From Diplonema japonicum (Eukaryota > Protista > Euglenozoa: Diplonemea): a stretch of DNA of 64,000 bases. The notes under the pieces were generated by a model that was not told the origin of the DNA, made no database searches, and worked only from the letters and a program-made list of their open reading frames with translations. This document shows positions 63,117-64,000 of the stretch, piece after piece. Position 1 is the stretch's first letter. Each line of letters starts with the position of its first letter. The DNA is taken from assembly GCA_964019335.1 (NCBI GenBank), contig OZ025685.1:496001-560000 (forward strand). Reading direction: 5' to 3'. The translations under genes and the position numbers were made by a program.

Positions 63117-64000
63117 GAGGGGAAACGCGTCCCCTTTTTTTTTCTTTTTTTTTTTTTTCTTTCCCTCTTTTTTTCTTGTTTTTTATATAAAAAAAAAAAA
63201 AACAGTTTTTTTTTATTATTGTAACGCTTTTTTTTTATCCCTCTTTGTTTTTTAACGAACACAACATTGTGGCAAACACGTAGCCTTAGCGAAGCTCTTT
63301 TGAAAAATAAAAGTAAATACGAGGGGCAGCGGGTGATCCGCCCTGATCTCATGTAATCTGCTCGATGGCGCAGTGTGATGCACAAATTCTCCCTCAGTGC
63401 AGCAAAGGGGTCACCTACTTTATTTATCGTTCCTTAAACTTCAGCATTTTCTTCTTCTGTTTCTTCCCGTTCTCATTTGCATTTTTATCGTGTAAATGGA
63501 AACATTATACCCTGAACATGAAGAAGTGAAGTGAAGGGGAGAAAATAGAAGATAATAATGAGAGCAGTAAATCTTTACAACGAAAAAAAAAGAAAAAGAA
63601 CGAATCAAGAGAAGTATTAGAAGTTTCAATCTAGAAGATACTAGGGAAGAATATGGCTACTGGTTGTCCACCTTGTTTTTAACGCAAATATTTCTTTTTT
63701 TTTTAAAGGTCGTTCCCAAGAAGTGGGGTTGCCCAACATCGTCTTTTACCTGTCCCTCACTATTTTTCCTCCCTTTTTTCTGATTTCGTTTTCATATGGG
63801 GCTTTTTGTTCCGCCTTGCTATTTTTTTTCCCTTCTTTTTTTCAAACCTTTCTCGAACCCCACCCTTCTTTTGTTCATGTTTCTTTCTAAAATTGCGAGG
63901 TTGCATCCGCTGCCTCGGCTTGACAGTGAGAAAACCATCCATAGAAGAGAAACAAGGCCTCAATATACTTTCCTTTCCCTTGCTTTTTGTAAACTCACTT

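Noticed and set aside
104-63963. Minus-strand ORFs overlapping the main genes (e.g. 19131-19961, 47187-48035, 60571-61422)
   Set aside because: Antisense shadows of real + strand genes with no recognisable motifs.

Overview
Eukaryotic, gene-dense window, most likely from a euglenozoan such as a diplonemid. This assignment is inference from gene organisation, trans-splice-like CACAG acceptors and protein families. About 30 credible protein genes all lie on the + strand, many separated by only about 40-250 bp, consistent with a polycistronic array. Recognisable products include a PRMT-like fragment, an Fe-ADH of the phosphonoacetaldehyde reductase (PhpC) type, a BMT5/DUF2431 zinc-finger protein, exocyst Sec8, an LVIVD-repeat multipass protein, MAK16, an EF-hand/WD40 protein, prolyl 4-hydroxylase, a StrG-like oxygenase, a C9orf85 homolog, an F-box/WD40 protein, a 2029-aa Ig-repeat surface protein, a GH43_24 enzyme and selenophosphate synthetase. 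Signals the ORF track misses: (1) SPS2 is a selenoprotein, with in-frame TGA at 60652 and a GUGA-type SECIS at about 61897-61986; (2) six ultra-short (32-47 nt), mostly A-rich GT-AG introns that repair or extend gene models; (3) a highly structured orphan RNA candidate at about 16980-17220 with two cUUCGg loops and a possible pseudoknot; (4) homopolymer-eroded mobile DNA in the long spacers (a decayed non-LTR RT, two MITE-like copies, an 830-bp element bounded by inverted repeats, and a dispersed repeat). All calls are by eye, without database searches.
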